63,830 nt of DNA, taken from an uncultured virus (IMG/VR IMGVR_UViG_3300026382_000008). Its lineage: Duplodnaviria > Heunggongvirae > Uroviricota > Caudoviricetes. The DNA is taken from IMG/VR virus record IMGVR_UViG_3300026382_000008; one strand, 5' to 3'. Both the position numbers and the translations under genes were made by a program. How positions within the stretch are numbered: position 1 is the stretch's first letter; each line of letters starts with the position of its first letter. Below, piece after piece: positions 9,876 through 19,924 of the stretch. Under the pieces are notes generated by a model. The model was given only the letters and a program-made list of their open reading frames with translations, did no database searches and was not told where the DNA came from.

Positions 9876-10622
9876 TTAATTAAGTAGTATTACATTTGCT
9901 TTAAGTTGTATCTTAGATGGATCAATCAGAGCAAATGAACCAGAACAATTAGCTTTTATAGAATCAGGTTTCATATGAACCTTACTTTGACCAATAGTTG
10001 CATCTATAGATGGTTCATTATCATCTATTATGATGTGAGCTTTCGGTGTAGAAATTATAATCTTTTTAGCTTTATCATCAATCTTAATGACTCTATTTGT
10101 GGTTTGTGATTCTAGTTTGATAAATTGATTTTTATCATCTATCTCAAAGATTCGCTTTGTTTGATAGTTTCCAATTTGAAGTCTATCATTAAAGTCATCT
10201 AATCTAACACGCCTAAATTCTGGTGTTTCAAGTAACCAGAAATCTAATGGTGTATTTGGTGGATCTTTAACTTTATCTTCAATACAACCACACAAAGTTG
10301 GTTCTTTTTTATCAGGACAACTTAGTCTATCATGACCTATGTAAACAGGAAATTGTAAATTACCATTTTCAAATAAGACTAATACAACATCTCCTACTTG
10401 AGGGGTAATTGCTACTTTTTTAAACGAGTATAATGGTCTTGCCCATATACCTTCAACATTTTTCATTAACTCTGGTATGTAAACTTTTACCCTATTTTGA
10501 TGAAGTGGATCTACGTTATCAACAACTTTTGCCCTGTATGTTTGAGTTAGACGTAACTCACCAGATTTAACAAACCACCAAGAATTGATGAATCTATTCA
10601 AAAAGGGTTCTTGTTGTATCAT
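9876..10622 (-). CDS. Baseplate central spike (gp5/gpV/VgrG-like OB fold plus beta-helix)
   Basis: YRAKVVDNVDPLHQNRVKVYIP...WARP...PQVGDVVLVLFENGNLQFPVYIG, followed by repetitive beta strands. Confidence 0.88.
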   Translation of the reverse strand: MIQQEPFLNRFINSWWFVKSGELRLTQTYRAKVVDNVDPLHQNRVKVYIPELMKNVEGIWARPLYSFKKVAITPQVGDVVLVLFENGNLQFPVYIGHDRLSCPDKKEPTLCGCIEDKVKDPPNTPLDFWLLETPEFRRVRLDDFNDRLQIGNYQTKRIFEIDDKNQFIKLESQTTNRVIKIDDKAKKIIISTPKAHIIIDDNEPSIDATIGQSKVHMKPDSIKANCSGSFALIDPSKIQLKANVILLN

Positions 10623-10635
10623 AACTCAATCCTTT

Positions 10636-11679
10636 TTAAGCTGTTAATTCTTCATTATTTTGAATGTTTGAACCTTGTTTGGTAGAACGTTTTCTTAATT
10701 CATCAAAGATAGGTTTAACTTTTAATTCAAGTTGATCAGAAACATTAACAAGTTTTCTGAATAAAGGTTTCAAAGGTGTGTTAGCATTTGCTAACTTTTG
10801 TAAAACATTATTTCCTGTAAGATCTGAAAGAAATTTGAATGCTAAAGCTAAAACTGTTATGATAAGAGAACCTGATAGTATCCTAGTAACAATACGTCCA
10901 ATTATAGATTCTTGAATTATATGAGATTCATTCTGGGTTCTGTTAAATAGGTTCTTAATTGCGTTTACAGATGATACAAATAAATTATAACTTCTATGTA
11001 CAAAAGATACAACTTTTGCTAAAAATCTTGCTGTTACAGGATAAGTTTCATTAACTTGTCTTAAACAAATATCGAAGAATTGTGAGATCTTATCAGAAAT
11101 TAGATTTTTATACGAGTCTTTTAGAGGTTTTAGTGTATCACTTAGTAAAGCAATTCCTGCATCCATTAAAATCTTTGATGCAGCTAATGTCATAAATAGA
11201 CCAAAACCTGAAATGTTGGGTAGTTTAATAACAGTCTTTAAAGCATTGTTATTGATGAAGTATATGAGTCGTCCCATTACGGTAGCTAGAACACTTTCTC
11301 TTAAACTAATTTCACCAGTATCAGTATTTATATCAACAGAATCTATTACTTTTAGATATGAAAGTAGAAGTGATTCTCCCAAAAAGTATATAAGTAAACC
11401 TAGTTTATCTCTCCATGAAAGAGTTACTTCTTCACCATTAACAAATGCTCTAGCACCTCTTGCTAATAATCCAAGATCAAGCAATAGAAGGGCTGGATCA
11501 TCTGTTCGTTCAATATTAACTTTTTGTTGATTGGCTGTATTTGTCTTAAGAATTCCCTTTTCTAAAGATGAAAATCTTGCTAAAAGTGTACTAAATGGTT
11601 GTCTTGATTTTGCTACTGATACTTGTATGGCCAATAAAGATTTTAAAGCCATATGTAAATCCTCCAATAACTTTAGCAT
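10636..11679 (-). CDS. Hypothetical hydrophobic protein
   Basis: 347-aa ORF with several hydrophobic helices. Confidence 0.7.
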   Translation of the reverse strand: MLKLLEDLHMALKSLLAIQVSVAKSRQPFSTLLARFSSLEKGILKTNTANQQKVNIERTDDPALLLLDLGLLARGARAFVNGEEVTLSWRDKLGLLIYFLGESLLLSYLKVIDSVDINTDTGEISLRESVLATVMGRLIYFINNNALKTVIKLPNISGFGLFMTLAASKILMDAGIALLSDTLKPLKDSYKNLISDKISQFFDICLRQVNETYPVTARFLAKVVSFVHRSYNLFVSSVNAIKNLFNRTQNESHIIQESIIGRIVTRILSGSLIITVLALAFKFLSDLTGNNVLQKLANANTPLKPLFRKLVNVSDQLELKVKPIFDELRKRSTKQGSNIQNNEELTA

Positions 11680-12593
11680 CTACCATAGTGAGCCATTTTA
11701 GATACTTTTCTTAGATTAGTAAAAATCTTACTGAATTCATGTTTTGTTATTCTGTTGAGAGATGCAACATTACATTCCCTATGTATAACACCAGATTCGT
11801 AATAGAAATATAGTTGTGCAATTTTGAGAGAAAAAATGAGTTGATTATCATCAAATAAGTTTGCATTACAATTTAGTAAAAGATCTGAAAGTGTTGGTCC
11901 CAGATAACGGCTTATGTTAATTAACATAGTTTCGATAGCCATTTTGTTCCATTTTTGTAAATCACCTATTATGTGGATTAGACTTTTGCTTGAAGAAATT
12001 TTCTTAGCAAGATAATCATAAAACAGTAAAACTTTAGCTTTATCCATTAAGGAAATGTTTACAATCTTATTAAGTTGTGATAGTACATCCGTTTTAGATT
12101 TAATACCAAATATGCAATAAAGGACATATACGATAACAAGAATTCTTATTTCACGTAACAAATCTTTATTGATTGCAATATAAGACTTCTTTGATGCAAC
12201 AAGAATGAGGTATAGCAAAGTGTTAACAATTGCAGTAACAAACTCTTTATTACGCAAAAGATATTGTCTTATACCTTTGTTAAAATAAAAAGCATATACA
12301 AGAAAACTTCTCTTAATTAGTAAAGCTAATAAGTTTGTAGCTGTTCTTGTAAATGTATCTTTATCATCAATATCTGTAAAATATCTAGCGTAAGGTTCTC
12401 GATTTACGATAAATACTGTAAATGAGTTGTGTTGTAAATCTTTAATAAGAGATTCAAGTTCTACTAAATGATCAAGAAAAACAATATTTATCTCAGGATA
12501 ACTATCAACTATACATCTTACAAGTGGATCATCAACATCATATAAATTTAACATTGCTCGTATATGTGAAGTTTTAATTGTTTTCATCTCCAT
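11673..12593 (-). CDS. hypothetical protein
   Basis: 306-aa ORF. Confidence 0.75.
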   Translation of the reverse strand: MEMKTIKTSHIRAMLNLYDVDDPLVRCIVDSYPEINIVFLDHLVELESLIKDLQHNSFTVFIVNREPYARYFTDIDDKDTFTRTATNLLALLIKRSFLVYAFYFNKGIRQYLLRNKEFVTAIVNTLLYLILVASKKSYIAINKDLLREIRILVIVYVLYCIFGIKSKTDVLSQLNKIVNISLMDKAKVLLFYDYLAKKISSSKSLIHIIGDLQKWNKMAIETMLINISRYLGPTLSDLLLNCNANLFDDNQLIFSLKIAQLYFYYESGVIHRECNVASLNRITKHEFSKIFTNLRKVSKMAHYGRC

Positions 12594-12598
12594 ATGTA

Positions 12599-13066
12599 TT
12601 ATGCCTCCGCAAAAATTGATCCAAATAAAGCTTTCAAATCAACATCAGTACTGGAAGATGTTTGTAACGTGTATTGTTTTTCAAATTGTTTAACTTCTTC
12701 ATTATCGACATTCTCTTCTAAAAGTTGATCATTTTTAGCTTCTATATTTGCAAACTCAAATAGTTTATTTGGAAAGAATAAGGTTTCGTTTGCAACTTTT
12801 TGCAAACCCTCTTTGCTGTTTATAAGAAGCAATAAAGGATAACAGAATTCACTTCCATATATTTGTTTACAGTGGACATCAATGTTATAGAATTGATTAA
12901 TTTGTTTGAATTCTGAATCATAAACAAATGTAAAAATCCATGTATCTAAAGGTAGCATCAGATGATAAAGCTCTTTATCAGAATAAATAACTTTGTATCT
13001 GAATTTTCTGTGATTTAAAATATCATTAGCGATTTGCTCAATTTTAGGAGTTATCATATCACTCAT
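12599..13066 (-). CDS. Possible baseplate wedge protein (gp53/LysM-like)
   Basis: CKQIYGSEFCYPLLLLIN resembles the gp53/LysM YG-x-x-x-(W/Y)-x-hhh-xN motif. Confidence 0.4.
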   Translation of the reverse strand: MSDMITPKIEQIANDILNHRKFRYKVIYSDKELYHLMLPLDTWIFTFVYDSEFKQINQFYNIDVHCKQIYGSEFCYPLLLLINSKEGLQKVANETLFFPNKLFEFANIEAKNDQLLEENVDNEEVKQFEKQYTLQTSSSTDVDLKALFGSIFAEA

Positions 13067-13697
13067 GGTCTAGTCCTAAAACATATTGATCTTTTTTCCA
13101 TTGAATTTTATGAGATATAGTTTTTAGTGTTACTGATTCATACTTTAAAACTTTATCTAAAACATTTTTGCGTATATGATAATTGTTTAACAGAAATTTG
13201 TAATCACCTTGAACAAGCTCAATAGGGATTTCTAGATACCCGTTATGAAATTTTTTGTGTAAGGAACCAAGCAAAGGTACAAATCCTATTTTTAGTTTGA
13301 AATGCAAATCTATTACTTCATAAGCTATATCAAAACTACTAAATGATTGATTATTCAGTATTTTAGTATCACATACTGCTTGTACTATATCATAAAGAGT
13401 TAAAGGGTGATGATGAATTTCTACATCACCTGTTTCTTCTTCTGTCTCACCAGTAAAAACACAAGCAGTCATTCCGAGAGATTCTCTTACAAAAGATAAC
13501 CATTCTCTGTATTCAATAGACGATCTTACCATACGTTCAACAGCTTTAATGAAACGTTTCTCTTCTTTTTCATCAGCAAAGTTATCTCTTTTAAGTGAAA
13601 GATATATATCTGTTTGAGTATTAACTATTGTTTGATCTTCTTCTGCAGTTAAAATCTGTTTTGATTCTTCAACAATTTGAACGAGATCTTTTATCAT
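13059..13697 (-). CDS. HNH-like conserved phage protein
   Basis: ACVFTG...VEIHHHP...VPLLGSLHKKFH, a beta-beta-alpha-metal-like pattern. Confidence 0.5.
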   Translation of the reverse strand: MIKDLVQIVEESKQILTAEEDQTIVNTQTDIYLSLKRDNFADEKEEKRFIKAVERMVRSSIEYREWLSFVRESLGMTACVFTGETEEETGDVEIHHHPLTLYDIVQAVCDTKILNNQSFSSFDIAYEVIDLHFKLKIGFVPLLGSLHKKFHNGYLEIPIELVQGDYKFLLNNYHIRKNVLDKVLKYESVTLKTISHKIQWKKDQYVLGLDHE

Positions 13698-13744
13698 TGA
13701 TGAAACCTCTTATATGACAAGAATGTTAAGTTCTCTTAATCAGT

Positions 13745-14677
13745 TCACGTCTTTTCACCACGAAGTTGTGTATGAATTACATAACTACCTGTTGTTTCAT
13801 CTAACTCTAAATTTGTAATTTCTATTACATTATAGTCTGGTTTTGTTTCTTGATGTTGTTGTGGTTGTTTAACACGGTCGAATTCAGATGATATTCTAAT
13901 ATCAATTGTTTCAATCAGAGATCTGAATTCAAACCAGATTTTTGTTGGTAGATTAACAAAAATCTCAAAATCTAAAGCTATAAGATATTCTGGTAAAGTT
14001 TGTTCGCCAAATAATTGTGATGTATCAGATAATCCTGTTATTCTTCCAAAGTATCTAAAACGATATGGTAAACAATATCTTTCATGACCAATTAGTTTTA
14101 TTGTTTCTTTTGCTAAATAATCTTTTACAGATTCAAGTTGCTCTGTGGTTAACAAATTTTCAATCGTGTTTGATGGAAATGTTATTAAACTTGTAACTTC
14201 TTCTTCAACCATTTGATTTGTATCTAAACCTTCAAACAACCTAACCTTAGCATCAGTTATATCAGCAAAAGAAGTACCGAGATAAGTTAAAGATCCTCTG
14301 ATTTGATAAAGATAAGGTATATATCGAATAGCAAAATCTTCTGTTTTTAACAAACATAAACTCATTTTTCTTTGAAACTTTGGGAGTGTCATTCTATGCC
14401 AAGGAAATGCTATGTTATCTGTTTGGAAATCAGTTGGAATAAGAGATATAATAGGTAATTCTGGTGAAACAAGATTTTGTTCTTTTTGTTCATCTGTTCC
14501 AATTATGTTATACTGTTTCCATTGTCTAAGTAAAGCTGATGCATATCCTATGGATATGTGTTTTGGTTGTCTGTGCAGGTATGCTAAGACACGTTTTTGT
14601 AAAAAGTTAGAAAATATATCTAACACAATCAAGGACGTTAAATCGTTAGGAAAAATCATAGCAAAACTCCTATGCAA
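13745..14677 (-). CDS. Putative tail completion/terminator (gp15-like) protein
   Basis: LPIISL motif and structural-gene context; tentative. Confidence 0.35.
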   Translation of the reverse strand: MHRSFAMIFPNDLTSLIVLDIFSNFLQKRVLAYLHRQPKHISIGYASALLRQWKQYNIIGTDEQKEQNLVSPELPIISLIPTDFQTDNIAFPWHRMTLPKFQRKMSLCLLKTEDFAIRYIPYLYQIRGSLTYLGTSFADITDAKVRLFEGLDTNQMVEEEVTSLITFPSNTIENLLTTEQLESVKDYLAKETIKLIGHERYCLPYRFRYFGRITGLSDTSQLFGEQTLPEYLIALDFEIFVNLPTKIWFEFRSLIETIDIRISSEFDRVKQPQQHQETKPDYNVIEITNLELDETTGSYVIHTQLRGEKT

Positions 14678-15764
14678 CTAAAGATTGTAAAACGTAACCT
14701 AATGCAGAAACAGGCTCTTTACCTTCAGCTAAATCTTTTAGCTCATGAATACATCTTATGACAAGAGGCTCTGATTCTATATATCTGTCGGGTACACCAT
14801 TTTCTTTAAGAATTCTCTGTAAATCATTAAAGTTTTGGTGAACGAACTCATTGACATTCTGAATATCTCTAACAACATTCATTAATTCATCCAAGCTATC
14901 AACTAAAGTTAGATTTACAGATTTACTTTGTTTTTCAGAGTTAGTTGTTTGGGATACTTTATTCATTAGACTTTCAAACTTTGTCAATACTTTTGATTCA
15001 TTTAGTTTGACATCTGACAGATTGATATGTTTAACTGTTTCTTGTTGAGTCTCTAATTGGTTATCAGCAGAAACAGCAGTGTTATTGGTTTCAATAGATT
15101 GATTTACTATTTGCGAAATAGAGGTATTATTTTGTTGATTTAGAATTTGATTTTCTAGATGATTGATTCTAGTTTCTATTTCGTTGAGTTTATTTTGCAA
15201 CAACAATAGACTTTTACCGATCTTATCAAATTGATAGAAAGCTAATGTTACGGTATGATGCCAATTATTGATAGAGGTTTGTAAACACGCTACAAATTCT
15301 TGAAACTTAGATAATGTCATTCTTACGGTAGCTATATTTGATGAATGTGGTTCTTCAAGAGTCATTTCAATAATAGGTGATCCATCTTCACTTATGAATC
15401 CTTGAAACTTAGCTACCCTATTCTTTATCATAAAAGAGTAGATTGTTGTTGGTTGTCCAGCTATTAATTGATTAACAATCTGTTTAGCAATGTTTTGCAA
15501 CTCCATAAGTAAACTTAGCGTTTCTTCATAAGTCAAGAAAAACTTAAACTTGCTATTAAAGCTATCTTTTCTAACACGTATATCAATTTGGTCCGTTACT
15601 ATGAAATAAAGAAGCAATTCATAATCTTCAATACTACCATAGTAGGTTAGCCTAAGCACATGTTGTAAACCAAACCATGTTTGAGGCCTACGAACTAACT
15701 GATTTAAAGGGTGAGTTGTAAAGATCACAGGACCATCAACATAGTAGGTTTCCAAGGATTTCAT
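14670..15764 (-). CDS. hypothetical protein
   Basis: 364-aa ORF with a coiled coil and a Q/N-rich linker. Confidence 0.75.
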   Translation of the reverse strand: MKSLETYYVDGPVIFTTHPLNQLVRRPQTWFGLQHVLRLTYYGSIEDYELLLYFIVTDQIDIRVRKDSFNSKFKFFLTYEETLSLLMELQNIAKQIVNQLIAGQPTTIYSFMIKNRVAKFQGFISEDGSPIIEMTLEEPHSSNIATVRMTLSKFQEFVACLQTSINNWHHTVTLAFYQFDKIGKSLLLLQNKLNEIETRINHLENQILNQQNNTSISQIVNQSIETNNTAVSADNQLETQQETVKHINLSDVKLNESKVLTKFESLMNKVSQTTNSEKQSKSVNLTLVDSLDELMNVVRDIQNVNEFVHQNFNDLQRILKENGVPDRYIESEPLVIRCIHELKDLAEGKEPVSALGYVLQSLVA

Positions 15765-15815
15765 CTCACCTCCCAGTAAAACATATTTCTTTCAGTTGAT
15801 GTTTAAAGTTGAAAA

Positions 15816-17075
15816 CTAAGGTAATAGATATTTCTTAACATACTGAAACCATTTTCCAGTAGTTGGAACAACAAGATTTTCAGATTCAATAGCTGTAACC
15901 ATAACATCGTATACATCAGCAACAGCAAAATCAACATTAAGAGCTAGATAACGCTTATCCACATCATAGAAGGATTGTTCTCCACCTAATGTAATTCTTA
16001 AATCTGTGATAACTGCAGCTGGAAATTGTCTGACACCTTCAATTTCACATCTTATAACAAAAGGATATTCATAGAAATAAGCATTAACTGCTTTTGGTGT
16101 CGATATAGCCAAGAGAATGGCTAAAGGATAAAGTACTCTTTGCATTATTTCATCTGGATCATCAGTTAATGAATAAAGTGTTGTTCTTAATTGATAAGAG
16201 TTTGTAAAAGATGATCCTTGCCAAACTTTTGGAAGAATAACTTTGTTACCTCTGTTAAGAGCATTTAACATCTGTTGTAATGCAGGATGTTGCTGTAAAA
16301 ACTGAGATAATCTTTGCTGTAGATTAGTAGCATTTGCAGCTTGACCAGCAAGAAATCCACCAGCACCTAACATCTGACCAAGTACAGGTATTTGTTTAAG
16401 AAGATTCCAAAACTGTTGAGCAGATTCAGTTAATGTTTGACCTGTAAAATAAACTGATTGTCGTGCTGCACTACTTATAATATTGTTAAACTGTTCCAAA
16501 AATGAATCACCATAACTATTCGTAAATCCAAGAGTGAATTCATTATTCTGTAAGGCGAATTTTATGGGAGGTGAGATTGATACATTTTGTCCTACTATGG
16601 CACTTAGTACCTGATTAAAAGAGATACTATTTGAAGAAGAAGTTTTCCAACAAGATTCAAATCTAAATGACCATATAGAACCACGATTAACATCCTGTAA
16701 ACGAAAAACACCCACATCATGAATTATGAAGAACCTAAATAAGTCATTCATATCAGATATATATTGTTTCCCAGCTAATGTTGAGGGAATAAGAAAGTCG
16801 GGTGGGACTCCAAAAACGTTAGATTGGATTACAGCTTTAGAAACAGATGTTTTACGTATAAAACTTTTTAAAGGTGATTTAAATGTTGGTTGTATAATCT
16901 TAATAGGTGATTTAATGTTTATTATCTTTGGCAAAGATATAACAGGTAACTTTAAAGTTTTTGTAGTTTGATTCAGAATTTCTGTTGTATGAGTACGAAA
17001 TACAGATTCAATTTCTCTTTTGATATGTCTAACACGTCTGAAGCATGAATGTATTCTCGGAATTACAAATCTCAT
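15816..17075 (-). CDS. Baseplate/tail-tube initiator-like protein (gp48/gp54-like)
   Basis: C-terminal YPFVIRCEI...AVITDLRIT...LNVDFAV tube-fold pattern and gene context. Confidence 0.45.
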   Translation of the reverse strand: MRFVIPRIHSCFRRVRHIKREIESVFRTHTTEILNQTTKTLKLPVISLPKIINIKSPIKIIQPTFKSPLKSFIRKTSVSKAVIQSNVFGVPPDFLIPSTLAGKQYISDMNDLFRFFIIHDVGVFRLQDVNRGSIWSFRFESCWKTSSSNSISFNQVLSAIVGQNVSISPPIKFALQNNEFTLGFTNSYGDSFLEQFNNIISSAARQSVYFTGQTLTESAQQFWNLLKQIPVLGQMLGAGGFLAGQAANATNLQQRLSQFLQQHPALQQMLNALNRGNKVILPKVWQGSSFTNSYQLRTTLYSLTDDPDEIMQRVLYPLAILLAISTPKAVNAYFYEYPFVIRCEIEGVRQFPAAVITDLRITLGGEQSFYDVDKRYLALNVDFAVADVYDVMVTAIESENLVVPTTGKWFQYVKKYLLP

Positions 17076-17079
17076 TATA

Positions 17080-17427
17080 TTACTCCCTTACAGTTACATA
17101 AGTTACATCATAAAAGAAAAGAAGATCATGGTCATTTCTGACTAAATCATCTAAGACATAGATAAATCGTGCAGTTTGTGAATCACATTCACCATAGATA
17201 ACATTTGCATAAGTAATGGTTTCATGATGTTTATCAAATGGTATGTAAACAGGAAGTTGTCTCAAATTGTTTCTATCAAACATCCAGATATAGTAATAGA
17301 AAACATGTATCGGTACTTTTCGGAAAGAGTTTTTATTTGAATGATCAAAAGTTATCATTAAGTTTTTCGTCATATCAAACACAAAACTCTTAAAATAGTT
17401 TCTCGTATGTGTTTCATAATCAAACAT
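17080..17427 (-). CDS. hypothetical protein
   Basis: ORF in the structural operon. Confidence 0.65.
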   Translation of the reverse strand: MFDYETHTRNYFKSFVFDMTKNLMITFDHSNKNSFRKVPIHVFYYYIWMFDRNNLRQLPVYIPFDKHHETITYANVIYGECDSQTARFIYVLDDLVRNDHDLLFFYDVTYVTVRE

Positions 17428-17430
17428 AAG

Positions 17431-17871
17431 TTAGACCTCTATTGGTGATAAAACGTACTTATCTACTAGATATAAAAATGTTGTATAGACTTTAACTGAA
17501 TCAGATAGATCATCTAATTTCTGAATTACATAATTTGTATGATAGATTTCCATTGATTTTGATACTTGAATTGTAGTATCTGAAAACTGATTGTAAAACT
17601 GTTTAATACTTGCATGATACTTTGATCTATCTGGGTCATCAACAATTACAAAATCTGAATGATTTTGAAAGTAACTGTAGATTGCATAATAGTTTATACC
17701 ATACAGATCTTTTAAGCTTTGTTCATGGTTAAAAAATATGTTAAGTACAACATAGTTAGATAATTCATCAAATTGTTGTTTAGTGAGTTGTATATCAAGA
17801 GCAGGTGTCACATAACCATCTTTCAAAGTATAGTAAGGAAAGTGAAGTTTCTGAATGGAAAACATGATCAA
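17431..17871 (-). CDS. hypothetical protein
   Basis: ORF in the structural operon. Confidence 0.7.
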   Translation of the reverse strand: MIMFSIQKLHFPYYTLKDGYVTPALDIQLTKQQFDELSNYVVLNIFFNHEQSLKDLYGINYYAIYSYFQNHSDFVIVDDPDRSKYHASIKQFYNQFSDTTIQVSKSMEIYHTNYVIQKLDDLSDSVKVYTTFLYLVDKYVLSPIEV

Positions 17872-17875
17872 ACTC

Positions 17876-19906
17876 CTACATAATATCTCTGATATGATCT
17901 AGATCTTTAAGTTTTATGCTATCAATAAAAATCTTTGGTGTTATAAGTGATACACCAAAACTTGTTAAACTTAAGGCTCTATCGATCAACTCTGAATCAA
18001 ACAAAATTGGATATATACATCTCTTCAACAACATAAGATATGTTGAAAGTGTATAACTAGGAAAGTAAATAAAATACGTTATACTGTCAAAATCAACAAG
18101 ATGAGTATAGAAAGATATCACAAAATTGTGCTCAATTTGTTGTATAAACTTATTCAACGTAAACTTGAGTTTATTACGAAAAGCATTCAAAAATTGATTG
18201 TAAAATGTGTCGAAATGTTTAAAATAGTAAAGTTGTTCAGATATGATATCAAATCTGAGTTTGTCTTGAGATATATCTTTCAAAATAGTATTCTTAATCT
18301 TAACTTTGGCATTTTCACTTGATCCTAAATCATATAAAGATGGAAGATTATTGATAAAAGTATCAACTAATTCAATAAGTTTTGTGGTTATAGATGATAC
18401 ATTTCCATCACCTAAGTTTTTGATATTCAAATCAGTATCGTTTCTCAATTGAAGACACTTCTCTATTACTTTAAACAATTGAGATTCAATTTTGTTTTTG
18501 AAGTACATATATACAACTGCATCCAAATTACCTTGTATGTATTCAGAAATAAAATTATCGTATTCTTTAAGTTGAGCATAAAGTGGTGATGTCAAAACTT
18601 TACAAACATCATATATAACTGATAAAACAAGATTGTTAATATATGTATAGAAATTGAAAAACCAATCTTTTGATTGATAGGCATCTTTTAGTTTCAAACT
18701 TTCATTATAGGTTTCCTTCAACCAAAATTTGAGTTTGTTGATTACACTTTCAATATTATAAACTTTTGAATATGAATCCTCTTCTTGAATAAGATTTTGT
18801 AAGTCATAATCAATAGTGCTGAATTTATGAATGCTCTCTAAAGCACCATATAATACACCAGGATCTCTCTTGTTTAAGAAATGTTGAGTTATAAGTTTCC
18901 AAATTGGATATAATGCAAAATGTATATGAGAATCATTTGTGGAATTTTCTAGTATTTCTTTTTGATAAACATCCAATTTTGATGTATCAAGTATATGTAA
19001 CTTAGCTGGTGTCCACTTACATTCGTTAATGTAAGTTTGTAGTACATTTTTGAAATCATAAGATTCAATTAGATCTAAAATTGATTGGGATTGATGAGTA
19101 ATACAGTAATTTGTAAAATCTCGTAATGTTAATAATAAAGAAGTTGAGATACATGGATCGATTTCTTTTAAATCTGAAAGAAATGATGATATATTTAAGA
19201 ATGCAGATTTAACAAATAAATACATCTCAAGCTGTTTATCATCGAAGAGGTTAGTTCTAAATTTATCATTTACTAGAGATGAAATGAAGTTAATCCAATC
19301 ACTAGGAACATCAAAGTCGAGTTTCTGAACTTGTTCATCTACAAATGGTATAAATTGATATAATGCTGTTTGACGTATATGAGAATTTAACGTCAAAAGT
19401 GTTTCAAGAAAATCTTTCAGGTGTGCATATGGAAAATGTAGTGGGTCAATCTCCTTTTCAAAAAGCATGTAAAATAATTCAAGTTTTTCAGTTTCAACAT
19501 ATACACCGTTCTGTTTGTATTCATTTATTTTGTTAATAACATTATACATTGTAGCTTTATTCCAAGTTGAATTAAGAATTATGTTTAATAGTGTTTTAAC
19601 ACAATTTTCACCATTAACAGATGCATCTGGATCTATTTTTAAATCATTAACAAGAATTGACTTCCAGTAATCCTCTACAAAAGTTTGATCATCAGAAATA
19701 ACTGTAAAGATTATGCTGAAAACTAAAGCAGTATTATCGAATACGTAGCTCATAAAATCTTTATATAATGTAGAAGCTATATATCTTTTAAAGTATTTTT
19801 CAAAATTCTTAAGTTGAGATTCATTAATAGAATCACTCAAGAAAGTTTGTTTAAAATTTCTTTCTTCATAATTTGCAAGAAATTTAAAAGTTAAAGGATA
19901 GCTCAT
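17876..19906 (-). CDS. Hypothetical (probable virion) protein
   Basis: 676-aa ORF with SD AGGAG. Confidence 0.75.
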   Translation of the reverse strand: MSYPLTFKFLANYEERNFKQTFLSDSINESQLKNFEKYFKRYIASTLYKDFMSYVFDNTALVFSIIFTVISDDQTFVEDYWKSILVNDLKIDPDASVNGENCVKTLLNIILNSTWNKATMYNVINKINEYKQNGVYVETEKLELFYMLFEKEIDPLHFPYAHLKDFLETLLTLNSHIRQTALYQFIPFVDEQVQKLDFDVPSDWINFISSLVNDKFRTNLFDDKQLEMYLFVKSAFLNISSFLSDLKEIDPCISTSLLLTLRDFTNYCITHQSQSILDLIESYDFKNVLQTYINECKWTPAKLHILDTSKLDVYQKEILENSTNDSHIHFALYPIWKLITQHFLNKRDPGVLYGALESIHKFSTIDYDLQNLIQEEDSYSKVYNIESVINKLKFWLKETYNESLKLKDAYQSKDWFFNFYTYINNLVLSVIYDVCKVLTSPLYAQLKEYDNFISEYIQGNLDAVVYMYFKNKIESQLFKVIEKCLQLRNDTDLNIKNLGDGNVSSITTKLIELVDTFINNLPSLYDLGSSENAKVKIKNTILKDISQDKLRFDIISEQLYYFKHFDTFYNQFLNAFRNKLKFTLNKFIQQIEHNFVISFYTHLVDFDSITYFIYFPSYTLSTYLMLLKRCIYPILFDSELIDRALSLTSFGVSLITPKIFIDSIKLKDLDHIRDIM

Positions 19907-19924
19907 ATTCGCACTCCTTTTGTA